Assembly: GCA_963666205.1 (NCBI GenBank)
Contig: OY762654.1
Span: 1,920,001-1,984,000, forward strand
DNA length: 64,000 nt
Direction of reading: 5' to 3'
Source: Synergistales bacterium
GTDB taxonomy: Bacteria > Synergistota > Synergistia > Synergistales > JAFGMB01
Both the position numbers and the translations under genes were made by a program. Below are positions 49,143 to 59,207 of the stretch, one piece after another (the first letter of the stretch is position 1; each line of letters begins with the position of its first letter). Below the pieces are notes generated by a model that was given only the letters and a program-made list of their open reading frames with translations, made no database searches and had not been told where the DNA came from.

Positions 49143-49281
49143 GTCTGCCGCCTTGACCCGCATAGATCTTATATGTTAGAGGGCTTGGAGGTAGACCCCT
49201 GAAAAGGGGTTTTAACCGCTGGGCCCTCTTTCTTTTCTCGGAAAGGGAGAGGAGCTTGTAAAAGTTCCCCTCCCTTTTTTT
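49126..49281 (+). promoter_or_regulatory. trp attenuator (alternative hairpins and terminators)
   Basis: 1:2 stem GGTGGCAGGC/GTCTGCCGCC; 2:3 GTCTGCC/GGTAGAC; AGAGGGC...GCCCTCT plus U-rich tract; second hairpin GGGAGAGGAGC/GTTCCCCTCCC plus T run. Confidence 0.8.
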
Positions 49282-49301
49282 ATTGAAAGGAGTGGAGATA
49301 A

Positions 49302-50153
49302 ATGAGAACGGTTCCTCTGGATGAAGTGGAATTTTCGAAAAAAGGCAGGGTTATCCCTTTTCAGGGTGCCCCCTCCGAAGGGCATGAATTAATGGAGAGA
49401 TCCTTTCTTCATAGGGTACTGGAACAGAAGAGAACAGAGGTAGGGGAGATGAAGAAAAAAAAATTATCCCTGGAATACATACTCAGGCAGAATGAAATGA
49501 CTGTTATAGCAGAGGTGAAAAGGGCTTCACCAAGCCAGGGGATAATCCAGGATAATTTTGATCCGGAAGAACAGCTTCGGAAATATGTCATGGGTGGTGC
49601 AGGTGCTATATCCGTTCTGACTGATAGGCAGTTTTTCAAGGGAGGACAGGAAATTCTCCAAAGGATCAGGTCTATGACAGATCTTCCTGTATTACGAAAA
49701 GATTTTATTATCGACCCGCTTCAGGTCTATGAGAGCAAATTTCTTGGAGCGGATGTGATCCTCCTGATCCTGGCTATTCTTGACGATAAGAAACTACAGG
49801 AGCTTCTGGGTCTTGCCCATTCCCTGGGTCTCGAAGCCATACTCGAGGTTCACCATAAAGATGAACTCTGTCGAGCTCTACATACTGAAGGCAGGATCAT
49901 CGGGATCAACAACAGGAATCTGGATGATTTTTCAGTAGATCTTTCAACAACTGAAAGAATAATGGACGAGTACCGGCATCTTTCACCTGTTTCTGACAGG
50001 CTTTTCATTTCTGAAAGCGGCATAAGAACTGCAGAACAGGTTGCGGGTCTGGCCTCTACCGGAATAAAGGGCGTCCTGGTGGGAGAGACTCTCATGAGAT
50101 CAGACGAGCCCGATATTGTCATACGTAATTTCCTGGGGTCCATCAGATCCTGA
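49302..50153 (+). CDS. trpC: Indole-3-glycerol phosphate synthase (about 30-aa N-terminal extension)
   Basis: IAEVKRASPSQG, ISVLTD, LRKDFI, GINNRNL, SESGI. Core domain starts near ATG 49392. Confidence 0.95.
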   Translation: MRTVPLDEVEFSKKGRVIPFQGAPSEGHELMERSFLHRVLEQKRTEVGEMKKKKLSLEYILRQNEMTVIAEVKRASPSQGIIQDNFDPEEQLRKYVMGGAGAISVLTDRQFFKGGQEILQRIRSMTDLPVLRKDFIIDPLQVYESKFLGADVILLILAILDDKKLQELLGLAHSLGLEAILEVHHKDELCRALHTEGRIIGINNRNLDDFSVDLSTTERIMDEYRHLSPVSDRLFISESGIRTAEQVAGLASTGIKGVLVGETLMRSDEPDIVIRNFLGSIRS

Positions 50154-50200
50154 TAACGCCCAGATTTCAGGTAGTTATTTAAAGATTGGAGGAACATGAT

Positions 50201-51385
50201 ATGACGCGTAAAGGTTATTTTGGCCAATTCGGAGGCAGGTATGTACCGGAAACATTGATTCCTGTACTGGACGACCTCGAGGAGGCTTATCTTAAGTACA
50301 GCCGGGACAGAGATTTTAATACCGAACTGAAGCATCTTTTATCTAAATACAGTGGAAGACCTACTCCCCTGTATTTTTCAGAAAGACTTACTGAAGAGTT
50401 CGGAGGAGCAAAGGTCTATCTAAAAAGAGAGGATCTTAATCACACCGGGGCTCACAAGATAAACAATGCCCTGGGTCAGGCCCTTCTGGCCTCGAGAATG
50501 GGTAAGAAAAGGATAATTGCTGAGACAGGCGCGGGTCAGCATGGAGTGGCATCTGCTACTGCAGCAGCAAAATTCGGTCTTGAGTGTCATGTTTTCATGG
50601 GAGTGGAGGACATGGAACGCCAGGCTCTGAACGTGGAGAAGATGAGGATACTCGGGGCCGAGGTCATACCGGTAACATCGGGCAGTCAGACCCTCAAGGA
50701 TGCTACCAATGAAGCCATAAGAGACTGGGTTACCAATGCCGATACCACGTATTACATTATTGGTTCCGCTGTTGGTCCCCATCCCTATCCTTCCATGGTA
50801 AGGGATTTCCAGAGGGTGATAGGTGACGAGGTCCGTGAACAGATACTGGAGATGGAAGGAAGGCTGCCAGATCACCTCCTGGCCTGTGTGGGAGGAGGAA
50901 GTAATGCCATAGGCCTCTTTTATCCCTTCGTTGAAGAAGATCAGGTGAAAATGACAGGTGTAGAGGCTGCCGGCAAAGGCGTGGAAACTGGAGAACACGC
51001 TGCCACTCTTACAGCAGGTTCCCTTGGTGTACTCCATGGAAGCAGGTCTTATCTCCTCCAGGATGATTATGGACAGGTTATCCCTGCCTATTCCTTATCT
51101 GCCGGCCTGGATTACCCGGGTGTGGGTCCCCAGCACAGTTATTTCATGGAAACAGGAAGGATCGAATATGTTTCTGTTACGGATGAGGAAGCAGTTGAAG
51201 CATTCTTTCTCCTCTCCAGGCTGGAAGGTATAATCCCGGCGCTGGAAAGTTCCCACGCCCTTGCCCATGCGGCAAAACTGGCACCCTCTCTTTCGGCTGA
51301 TTCCCTGTTGGTGGTCAACCTTTCAGGAAGAGGGGACAAGGATATGTATTCAATAAATAGTTTCATGGAAAGGAGGGAAGGATAA
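50201..51385 (+). CDS. trpB: Tryptophan synthase beta chain
   Basis: [45 protein letters not shown]. Confidence 0.98.
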   Translation: MTRKGYFGQFGGRYVPETLIPVLDDLEEAYLKYSRDRDFNTELKHLLSKYSGRPTPLYFSERLTEEFGGAKVYLKREDLNHTGAHKINNALGQALLASRMGKKRIIAETGAGQHGVASATAAAKFGLECHVFMGVEDMERQALNVEKMRILGAEVIPVTSGSQTLKDATNEAIRDWVTNADTTYYIIGSAVGPHPYPSMVRDFQRVIGDEVREQILEMEGRLPDHLLACVGGGSNAIGLFYPFVEEDQVKMTGVEAAGKGVETGEHAATLTAGSLGVLHGSRSYLLQDDYGQVIPAYSLSAGLDYPGVGPQHSYFMETGRIEYVSVTDEEAVEAFFLLSRLEGIIPALESSHALAHAAKLAPSLSADSLLVVNLSGRGDKDMYSINSFMERREG

Positions 51386-52167
51386 TGGAGAAGATCCAGC
51401 AGATATTTGACAGCGGCAAAGTCCTCATTACCTTTGTTACAGCAGGAGACCCGGATCTTGATACAACAGCCCGGATAATTCATGCAATAGATGAAGCCGG
51501 AGCGGATATTATAGAAGTAGGGATGCCCTTCTCCGATCCCCAGGCTGATGGACCGGTTATTCAGGCTGCAGGTCAGAGGGCCCTGAAAAAAGGCACAGGT
51601 CCAGAAGGGATCCTCACCATGATATCCGGACTGAAGGGTTCTATTAAAGCCCCCTTGTTCCTTATGGGGTATTACAACCCGGTAATGTGCTATGGCAGGG
51701 ATAAGTTTATTAATGATGCCTTCGAGGCCGGAGTATCCGGATTGATAATCCCGGATCTGCCCTTCGATGAGGATGAAGAGTTCTATGCGAAGCTTAAAGA
51801 AAAAGAAATGGCCGGTATCCTCATGGTTGCACCGAATAGCCGGGAGGAAAGGCTTGAAGAAATAGGGAGGAACTGTTCAGGATTTGTCTACTGTGTTTCC
51901 CTTCTGGGTATTACTGGAGATAATCGAGGTCCTGCAGCAGGCATTGAGGAGTATATGGGCCGTGTAAGGAAATATGTGAAGGTTCCCCTTGCATTGGGTT
52001 TCGGAATTGATGGACCCGAAAAGGCAGCCCGGGCTGCTTCTGTTGCAGACGGAGTTGTAGTGGGAAGTGCCCTTGTAAAAATCGTAGAAAAGTTTGGAAA
52101 TACAGACAGGTTGATACCTGAGATCAGTTCTTTTGTTACAGGGCTCAAGAAAGCGATTTCTGAATAG
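51385..52167 (+). CDS. trpA: Tryptophan synthase alpha chain
   Basis: TAGDP, EVGMPFSDPQADGPVIQ, MGYYNP, GFGI, DGVVVGSA. Confidence 0.97.
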   Translation: MEKIQQIFDSGKVLITFVTAGDPDLDTTARIIHAIDEAGADIIEVGMPFSDPQADGPVIQAAGQRALKKGTGPEGILTMISGLKGSIKAPLFLMGYYNPVMCYGRDKFINDAFEAGVSGLIIPDLPFDEDEEFYAKLKEKEMAGILMVAPNSREERLEEIGRNCSGFVYCVSLLGITGDNRGPAAGIEEYMGRVRKYVKVPLALGFGIDGPEKAARAASVADGVVVGSALVKIVEKFGNTDRLIPEISSFVTGLKKAISE

Positions 52168-52338
52168 TTACTTCCAGGATCTTCTGATATGGAATCTGTG
52201 TAAGTTATATCGGAAATAACAGAGCAGAAATTAATCGAACCGGAACCGGAGCTGGGAAGAAGTTATGAATCCTTGCGGGCAAAATATAACCATTTATACT
52301 GTATCCTTATGGATCTGTTTTAGATAGAGCATTTAAAG

Positions 52339-52383
52339 GGAAGACAAAAAAGTCAGGTATCATACCTGACTTTTTTGTCTTCC
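52339..52383. terminator. Long perfect hairpin, probable terminator
   Basis: GGAAGACAAAAAAGTCAGGTA-TCA-TACCTGACTTTTTTGTCTTCC. Confidence 0.75.
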
Positions 52384-52464
52384 AGGCAAGGCTTCTTGAG
52401 TTACAATTAACTGGAAGCAGATTTTACTCAGTGAAAGATTCCAGACAGAAAACGGGGTGTCCCT

Positions 52465-53781
52465 ATGAACAGCCATAAAGATGCATTAATTCTTTCCCTT
52501 GAAATATCCGATCCTTTAATCCAGGAATTTCTTCTTCAATTTCCGGAGGATGTCCGGGAACAGAAGGCCCTTGAGGCCCTGAAGGTTGGAGTGATAGCCA
52601 TACAGTCTGCTTCTCCTTCCCTGGATACAAGAATAGTCGAGGAAAAGTTCAGGGAAGTGGAAGGGGATATCAGGGAGAATGTGGATGCCTTCAAGGACGA
52701 ACTGAAAGTCAGGTTGGAGCAGTATTTCAAGACCGAGGGCGGTTCTGTCCCGGCGTTTATAGAGAGGCATTTCGGGGAGAACGGCCAGATCTCCCGCATA
52801 CTTGATGCATATTTCAGTTCCGAGAAGGGCAGGCTTGTGAATATCATGGAAGGCCAGGTGGGTCCAAACAGCTTTATTGGCCGTCAGATGGACCCCAACA
52901 ACAGGGAAGGACTTATAAGCCAGGTGGAAAAGGCGGTCGAAGAGATCCTCAAGGGCAGTTCCAGCCAGATCCTTTCGTCCTTTTCTCTCGATGATGAAAC
53001 AAGTGCCCTCAGCAGACTGAAAAGATCCGTGCGGGAGGAGATAGAAAAGCTCCAGAAGATAACCGTCGAACATTATTCCGAGATCAGGGGGATCCTGGAA
53101 AAAGAGAAAGGCCGGGCCGAAGAAGCGATCAAAGGGACCAGTAAAGGACGGGAATTTGAAGATTCTCTCTACGAATATCTTGCCCGGACTGCTGGTTCTA
53201 TGGAGGATATATCTGAAAACTGTGCTGGTGCCAAGGGTCTTGTTGCTTATGAAAAAGTGGGTGATTATACCGTAACCCTTGGAGAGACCAGCAGGGCTCC
53301 CGGTAAGAAGGTCGTCTTCGAGGCGAAAAAGGCCACCAATTACAATATGAAGAAAACCCTGGAAGAGCTTGATCGTGCAAAGAGAAACCGTGGCGCCGAA
53401 ATTGGGATATTTATATTCTGTAAGGGTTGTGAACCCGTTGAGGCTGGAGACTTCCATAGAACAGGAAATGATTTTATCGTTACTGTTGACGAGGAAAAAC
53501 TTGAGAGGAATGAAACTCTCCTTTTCCTCGAGGCTGCCTACAAGATCGCCAGGACCCTTATCGTTACAAGGGCGCGAGAAGAGGAAGAGGAAGCTATTGA
53601 TACCGAATATATCCGGGGTGAAATGGAGAACATAACCCTTGCTATGAAAAATGCCTCGGATATCTACATAAAGGCCAACACGATCAGGAACAGTGCCGAT
53701 TCCATAGAGAAAACCCTGAACAAGGTAATAGCGAAGATCGAGGAACATCTCGACAATATCCGGGACCATTTGCCGGACTAG
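52465..53781 (+). CDS. Coiled-coil protein with C-terminal PD-(D/E)XK nuclease-like domain (RmuC/DUF2130-like)
   Basis: Long E/K-rich helical region, then KGREFE...GDYTV...VFEAKK restriction-endonuclease-fold motif. Confidence 0.7.
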   Translation: MNSHKDALILSLEISDPLIQEFLLQFPEDVREQKALEALKVGVIAIQSASPSLDTRIVEEKFREVEGDIRENVDAFKDELKVRLEQYFKTEGGSVPAFIERHFGENGQISRILDAYFSSEKGRLVNIMEGQVGPNSFIGRQMDPNNREGLISQVEKAVEEILKGSSSQILSSFSLDDETSALSRLKRSVREEIEKLQKITVEHYSEIRGILEKEKGRAEEAIKGTSKGREFEDSLYEYLARTAGSMEDISENCAGAKGLVAYEKVGDYTVTLGETSRAPGKKVVFEAKKATNYNMKKTLEELDRAKRNRGAEIGIFIFCKGCEPVEAGDFHRTGNDFIVTVDEEKLERNETLLFLEAAYKIARTLIVTRAREEEEEAIDTEYIRGEMENITLAMKNASDIYIKANTIRNSADSIEKTLNKVIAKIEEHLDNIRDHLPD

Positions 53782-54107
53782 AGATTTTCGATTAAACCCC
53801 GAACAAAAAACAGGATAATAATTATTGTATAAAAGCAATGCCTGGCTGTATTTAGCCTGGCATTTTTTATGTTTACTGAAATGCCGGATCAGCATCACCC
53901 CCTTAAATGTAAAAGGCGATTTTTATTGCTGTATCATTCAGAAACCGAATATCTCGATGAAAAGAGAATAATAGTATACATACGGGTAAAATCAAGGTCT
54001 GTTACCCCTTAATTGAGAGTTACCCATTTCTTTCAGTCTTAACAATTCTTTACACTTTACTATTGCAAAAAGCTTTATCAAGGTAATACAATTAGAGTTT
54101 GAAAAAA

Positions 54108-54121
54108 TGACCCTCTGGTCA
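54108..54121. promoter_or_regulatory. Putative TetR operator
   Basis: TGACC-CTCT-GGTCA palindrome downstream of a TTGCAA(54063)...TACAAT(54087) promoter and upstream of the TetR gene. Confidence 0.55.
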
Positions 54122-54166
54122 ATTGAATGAATACACTCTTGTTTTCCCGTATTAAGGAGGGCTTCT

Positions 54167-54790
54167 ATGCCCAGGCTCAGCGAAAAAAAGAAAGAAATGA
54201 TAGAAGAAATGATGAAAGAGGCCCTCTACAGGGCTTCAGCTTCAGTTATATCCGATCATGGCTGGCCTGGTCTTACCATGGAGAGGGTCGCTGAAAGTGC
54301 AGGTGTTTCCAAGGGAACAGTCTATAACTATTTCAGAGACAAGAAGGATCTTGTCTGGTTTGTTATGACCAGTCTGGCACAGGAAGTTGAGGATCGTATA
54401 AACCAGATAATCGAAGGTAACGAAACTTCTGTAGATGCCCTTAAGGAGATCATCAGCCACGAACTGAGGGGTCGAAGACAAAATGCCCACATGGTTACGG
54501 CTTTTATTCAGGCCTTTCAGGAGGAGCCGGAATTGAGAGAGAGAATGTTCAGTTCCAACCATCCTTTTTCCAGGGTTGAACGGATGACCCGTGATCTGTT
54601 TACTAGAGGGATAGAAAGAGGAGAATTCAGGGCAGTAGATCCCGTAGCTATGGTTGCAGTCCTTAATTCAATTCTTATGGGAATATCTCGCCAGTGGGCC
54701 AGTGGCCAGCTGGATCTTTCTACTGATGTCATGACTGATTTTGTGATCTCTCTTCTTGGAGAGGGACTGATAAGGAAGGATAACCAATGA
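54167..54790 (+). CDS. TetR/AcrR family regulator
   Basis: LTMERVAESAGVSKGTVYNYFRDK HTH. Confidence 0.95.
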   Translation: MPRLSEKKKEMIEEMMKEALYRASASVISDHGWPGLTMERVAESAGVSKGTVYNYFRDKKDLVWFVMTSLAQEVEDRINQIIEGNETSVDALKEIISHELRGRRQNAHMVTAFIQAFQEEPELRERMFSSNHPFSRVERMTRDLFTRGIERGEFRAVDPVAMVAVLNSILMGISRQWASGQLDLSTDVMTDFVISLLGEGLIRKDNQ

Positions 54791-57700
54791 AACTGACAAA
54801 CACTGCTCTCAAAAGGCCGGTTACGGTCCTTATCGGACTGATAGCGCTCATAGTTTTCGGCGTTATTTCCATAACAAGGATGGGAATGGAAAGAATGCCG
54901 AACATTGACTTTCCCATAGTCTCAGTGTCCACTACCATGACCGGAGCCAGTCCTTCCGTAATGGATAATGACGTTACAGATATTATTGAAGAACAGCTCA
55001 ATACCATTTCCGGTATCGAGAATATAAGCTCTACCAGTTATGACGGTCTTTCCGTCATAAGGGTGGAGTTCGAACTGGATCGTGATATAGATGCTGCTGC
55101 AGCTGATGTCCGGGATAAGGTCAACCGTGCAAGCAGGCGTCTTCCAGATGAAGCCGATGATCCCATAGTTCAGAAATTCTCCACCAGTGACAGGTCTGTT
55201 TTTGCCATTGCCATATTCGGAGAAGCTCCTTATTCCGAGATATCCCATTTTGCCGACAAGGTGGCAACTCTTAAACTTCAGACTGTTGAGGGAGTCGGAA
55301 GTGTCAGCACCTCAGGTCTCAGGGAAAGAGAGATCCGGGTCTGGCTTGATCCGGCCATGCTGGAGGCCCGGGGTCTTCTGGTGGATGATGTAAAGGATGC
55401 CATATCCCAGAAACATATAGAACTTCCTGCTGGAAGAGTTGAGACTGAGGAAAGCGAACTGACTATCCGCCTGGAGGGAGAATATTCCTCGGTGAAGGAG
55501 CTCAGTTCTCTGCCCATTACCACAAGAGGTGGAGCTATTGTACGCCTTTCAGATGTGGGTTCTGTGGAAGATGGCTATGAAGATCAGCGATCCATAGCGA
55601 CATTCAACGGCAAGCCTGTAATAATCCTCAAGATCAGGAAACAGAGAGGAATCAATGAGGTACAGCTTGGGGGAGAACTTGTCAAAGCAGTGGAGGAACT
55701 TCGAAAGGAACTTCCCCGCGGTCTGGATATGAAGATCCTCTCCAATTCTGCCACCTTTGTAAAGGCTTCCATGAAGGGTGTAGGTATAGACATCATTGTT
55801 GGTATTGTACTCTGTTCTCTGGTCATGCTGCTTTTCCTTCGGACCATGAGAGCCACCTTTGTTACTGTCATTACAATTCCAGCCTGTCTTCTCGGCAGTC
55901 TCATCGTCCTTCGCTTCAGTGGTATAACCATCAACAATATGACAATGATGGGACTTTCCCTGGCAGTCGGGATGGTCGTTGATGCTACCACTGTTGTTCT
56001 TGAGAATGTTCACAGGCATCAGGAACTTGGGGAAAAACCCTTCAACGCAGCCTCCATAGGTACCTCCGAGGTCGGATTTGCCGTCCTGGCTGGAGCTGCT
56101 ACAACAATTGCCGTTTTCGGCCCGGTTGCTACCATGGAAGGAATCATAGGCAGATTTTTCTTTGCCTTTGGCGTTACCGTAGTTACCACCATCGTTATTT
56201 CCCTTGTACTTTCACTTACCCTTACCCCCTTTCTATGCTCCAGACTTCTGCAGCATGATCATCCCGGTCCCATCGGCAGGGTTATTGAAAGATTCTTCAA
56301 GGGCCTTGAGAGAGCTTATAGTTCTGCCCTGCATTTTGCTGTTCATCACAGAATGGTCGTTATGGTCATTGCCATAGCATTTTTTGCAGGGGGTATGTTC
56401 CTGGCAGGCCAGTTGGGGCAGGGTTTCTTTCCCACGGAAGACCAGGGGGATTTTACTCTGGATATTGAGCTGCCCATGGGGTCCTCCCTTTGGAAGACCG
56501 AGAGGGTAATGCAGCAGATGGGGGAAATTGTAAGGGCAGTCCCGGAAGTTGATTACACATATTCGACGGTGGGTTCTGGAACTGGCGGAGAGGTCTACAA
56601 GGGTGACATGAACGTATACCTCATTCCCAGGAAGGAAAGGATCTCCATGTTCGAGGTTATGAAGAAGGTAAGACGTGAACTCTCGATCTTCAGGGATGTA
56701 AAGGTGACCCTTGGTCATCATGGAGGAGTAGGTGCAAGCCTGACTCTTCTGGGGCCGGATATGGAAAAACTGTTCGAGGTAGCGGAAAAGATGAAGGCTG
56801 ATCTTGCGGGAGATGCCAGGCTTGCCGATATAGATACAAATATACGGCTGAAAAAACCACGCCTTAATATGACCATAAACCGCGCAATGGCAGATGACAT
56901 GAACATCAACATCAAGAGCCTTTCCGAAGAAGTCCAGGCTTATTTCGGCGGTGTTAATGCAGGAGTATTCAAGGATGGAGGCTATCGCTACGATATAAGA
57001 CTTCGTGCGGCAGGCGATTTCAGAAGATCCCCCGCCGATATCGACAATATCGCTATTCGTAACGGAAGTGGCGAGATCCTTCGTATTCCGGGGATAATAA
57101 ATGTTGAAACAGGAACGGGACCGAACCAGATAAACCGTTATAACCGTCAGAGAGCATTGACAATTTCCGCAAGTAACGTCGATGTTTCCATGGGAGAGGC
57201 CATGGCACTGGTCAGACAGAGTTTTGAAAGGAACAGGCCTGCGGATGGAAGTGTAACAGCCCAGGTCACCGGAAGGTCGAAGCACATGGCTACTAATTTC
57301 GGTTATCTCCTGAATGCCATAATGATAGCTGTTGTTCTGGTCTACATGGTTATGGCAGTCCAGTTTGAGTCATTCCTTCATCCCCTTACGGTCATGTTCT
57401 CACTCCCCCTGATGACGGTGGGAGTTTTCGGAATGCTTCTGGTTACAGGAAAGGAAATAGATGTCATGAGCCTTATGGGGATCATCCTGCTAGTGGGTAT
57501 AGTAGTCAATAATGCCATACTCCTTGTTGATTTCACCAACCAGCAGAGGGCCCAGGGAGTAGATAAGGTAACTGCCGTCCTCCGGGCCGGCCCCTTGAGA
57601 TTGAGGCCCATACTGATGACAGCCATTTCCACTATGGTTGGCGCTCTTCCTATTGCCCTTGGCCTGAGTGAAGGATCCGAGGTAAGGCAGCCCATGTCAA

Positions 57701-57906
57701 TAGCAGTTATAGGAGGTCTTCTGACTTCGACTATACTGACCCTTCTCGTAATTCCTACGGTCTATCTGATAATTGATGATATGAAGGAGAAGGCGGGAGA
57801 TCTTGTTTTCGGTTCAGGAAAACGGAGAGCAATGGATAAAGAGAGAAAAAAAAGTGAACCGGCAGGGTCCGGACAGGATCTGGAGTATTCTGGAGGAAAT
57901 CAATGA
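54787..57906 (+). CDS. RND efflux permease (AcrB/AcrD/AcrF family)
   Basis: 1039 aa; GMVVDATTVVLEN, QFESFLHP, GIVVNNAILLVD, RLRPILMT. Confidence 0.96.
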   Translation: MKLTNTALKRPVTVLIGLIALIVFGVISITRMGMERMPNIDFPIVSVSTTMTGASPSVMDNDVTDIIEEQLNTISGIENISSTSYDGLSVIRVEFELDRDIDAAAADVRDKVNRASRRLPDEADDPIVQKFSTSDRSVFAIAIFGEAPYSEISHFADKVATLKLQTVEGVGSVSTSGLREREIRVWLDPAMLEARGLLVDDVKDAISQKHIELPAGRVETEESELTIRLEGEYSSVKELSSLPITTRGGAIVRLSDVGSVEDGYEDQRSIATFNGKPVIILKIRKQRGINEVQLGGELVKAVEELRKELPRGLDMKILSNSATFVKASMKGVGIDIIVGIVLCSLVMLLFLRTMRATFVTVITIPACLLGSLIVLRFSGITINNMTMMGLSLAVGMVVDATTVVLENVHRHQELGEKPFNAASIGTSEVGFAVLAGAATTIAVFGPVATMEGIIGRFFFAFGVTVVTTIVISLVLSLTLTPFLCSRLLQHDHPGPIGRVIERFFKGLERAYSSALHFAVHHRMVVMVIAIAFFAGGMFLAGQLGQGFFPTEDQGDFTLDIELPMGSSLWKTERVMQQMGEIVRAVPEVDYTYSTVGSGTGGEVYKGDMNVYLIPRKERISMFEVMKKVRRELSIFRDVKVTLGHHGGVGASLTLLGPDMEKLFEVAEKMKADLAGDARLADIDTNIRLKKPRLNMTINRAMADDMNINIKSLSEEVQAYFGGVNAGVFKDGGYRYDIRLRAAGDFRRSPADIDNIAIRNGSGEILRIPGIINVETGTGPNQINRYNRQRALTISASNVDVSMGEAMALVRQSFERNRPADGSVTAQVTGRSKHMATNFGYLLNAIMIAVVLVYMVMAVQFESFLHPLTVMFSLPLMTVGVFGMLLVTGKEIDVMSLMGIILLVGIVVNNAILLVDFTNQQRAQGVDKVTAVLRAGPLRLRPILMTAISTMVGALPIALGLSEGSEVRQPMSIAVIGGLLTSTILTLLVIPTVYLIIDDMKEKAGDLVFGSGKRRAMDKERKKSEPAGSGQDLEYSGGNQ

Positions 57907-59207
57907 GAAAAATTTCACTGCTCATAATCTTTACTCTTTCAGTTACGTTATTTTTTGCTGCTGGAGTTTCAGCTGGTGAAGTGCTTACTCTTCAAAAGGC
58001 GATAGAGGTTGCCCTTGATCAGAATCCCGAGATCCTGTCAGCGAGACAGGAACAGGTTAAAGCGGCTGGAGCCATGTCGGTGGCAAAGGGAGCCTTTCTT
58101 CCATCCATAAGTCTTGGGGGTAGCTATACTGTAGAAGAAGAGACTTCTCCCACCTCGGAAACTGATACTTATGAAGCAAATGTAACCATGAGCCAGTCCA
58201 TCTATCAGGGTGGTAAGCTGAGGGCCTACAGGACCCAGGCTGAACTCGCCGTAGGAATAGCTGACAACAGGGTTGCGGATACGGAAGAAAGGATAATATA
58301 CGAGGTTTATAAACGGTTTTACAATGTTCTTCTCATTCGGGAGAATGTGGATACTGCAGAGGATGCCCTATCCTACGCCGAGAATTATTACCGCGAACTG
58401 GAAAAGAGATTTGAAGTTGGCCTTGTTACAGGCCTTGAAGTCACCAGGGCCGAAAAACTTCTTGTAACAAGCAGGAAAGACCTGGTAACAGCCAGGAACA
58501 ATCTTCAGATTTCACGGGTGAACCTCTTTGAGATCCTCAGGTCATCAGAAGAAAGATTTTCATCCATTGAAGGAAGTCTTGAGTACAAATCTTTTTCAGG
58601 TAATCCCCGTGATTCTCTGAAAAATGCTCTTGAGAACCGGCCGGATCTTGCAGGTCTGAGAGACCAGGTCAAGGTCCAGGAACAGGATATAACCATAGCT
58701 GGAAGCAGCCTGAAACCAAATGTCAACCTTTCTGCAGTCTGGGAATACAGTGATCCGGCAAAGGGCAGTTCCAATGGCGAACAAGATACATGGTCTGCAA
58801 AGATCAATGTCAATTTCCCCATCTTTGACAGCGGTATTACCAGAGGTAAGGTTATCCAGGAAGAAGCTATCCTTGAACAGGCCAGGGAATCTGTCGTCAC
58901 TCTGGAAGAATCAGTCAAGGCAGAGATCGCAAATGCATACCTCGCTCTTGATACTTTAGCTAACTCAGTAGCAGATGCAATAAAGAACCTGGAACTTGCT
59001 ACGGAATCTCTCCGTCTTGCGGAGGTGGGTTATCGGGAGGGAGTAGGCATTCAGCTTGATGTACTTAATGCCCGGGCTGAACTCACCGATGCCCGGAGAC
59101 TTTATTCTCTATCAGTGAGGGACTACAATCTGGCCCTGGCCAACCTTCGAAGGGCAGAAGGTACCCTAATAAGCTATTCCCTTGACAGGGATATAACCGG
59201 GGAGTGA
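57903..59207 (+). CDS. TolC family outer membrane efflux protein
   Basis: LTLQKAIEVALDQNP, two OEP repeats, YREGVGIQLDVLNA. Confidence 0.92.
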   Translation: MRKISLLIIFTLSVTLFFAAGVSAGEVLTLQKAIEVALDQNPEILSARQEQVKAAGAMSVAKGAFLPSISLGGSYTVEEETSPTSETDTYEANVTMSQSIYQGGKLRAYRTQAELAVGIADNRVADTEERIIYEVYKRFYNVLLIRENVDTAEDALSYAENYYRELEKRFEVGLVTGLEVTRAEKLLVTSRKDLVTARNNLQISRVNLFEILRSSEERFSSIEGSLEYKSFSGNPRDSLKNALENRPDLAGLRDQVKVQEQDITIAGSSLKPNVNLSAVWEYSDPAKGSSNGEQDTWSAKINVNFPIFDSGITRGKVIQEEAILEQARESVVTLEESVKAEIANAYLALDTLANSVADAIKNLELATESLRLAEVGYREGVGIQLDVLNARAELTDARRLYSLSVRDYNLALANLRRAEGTLISYSLDRDITGE

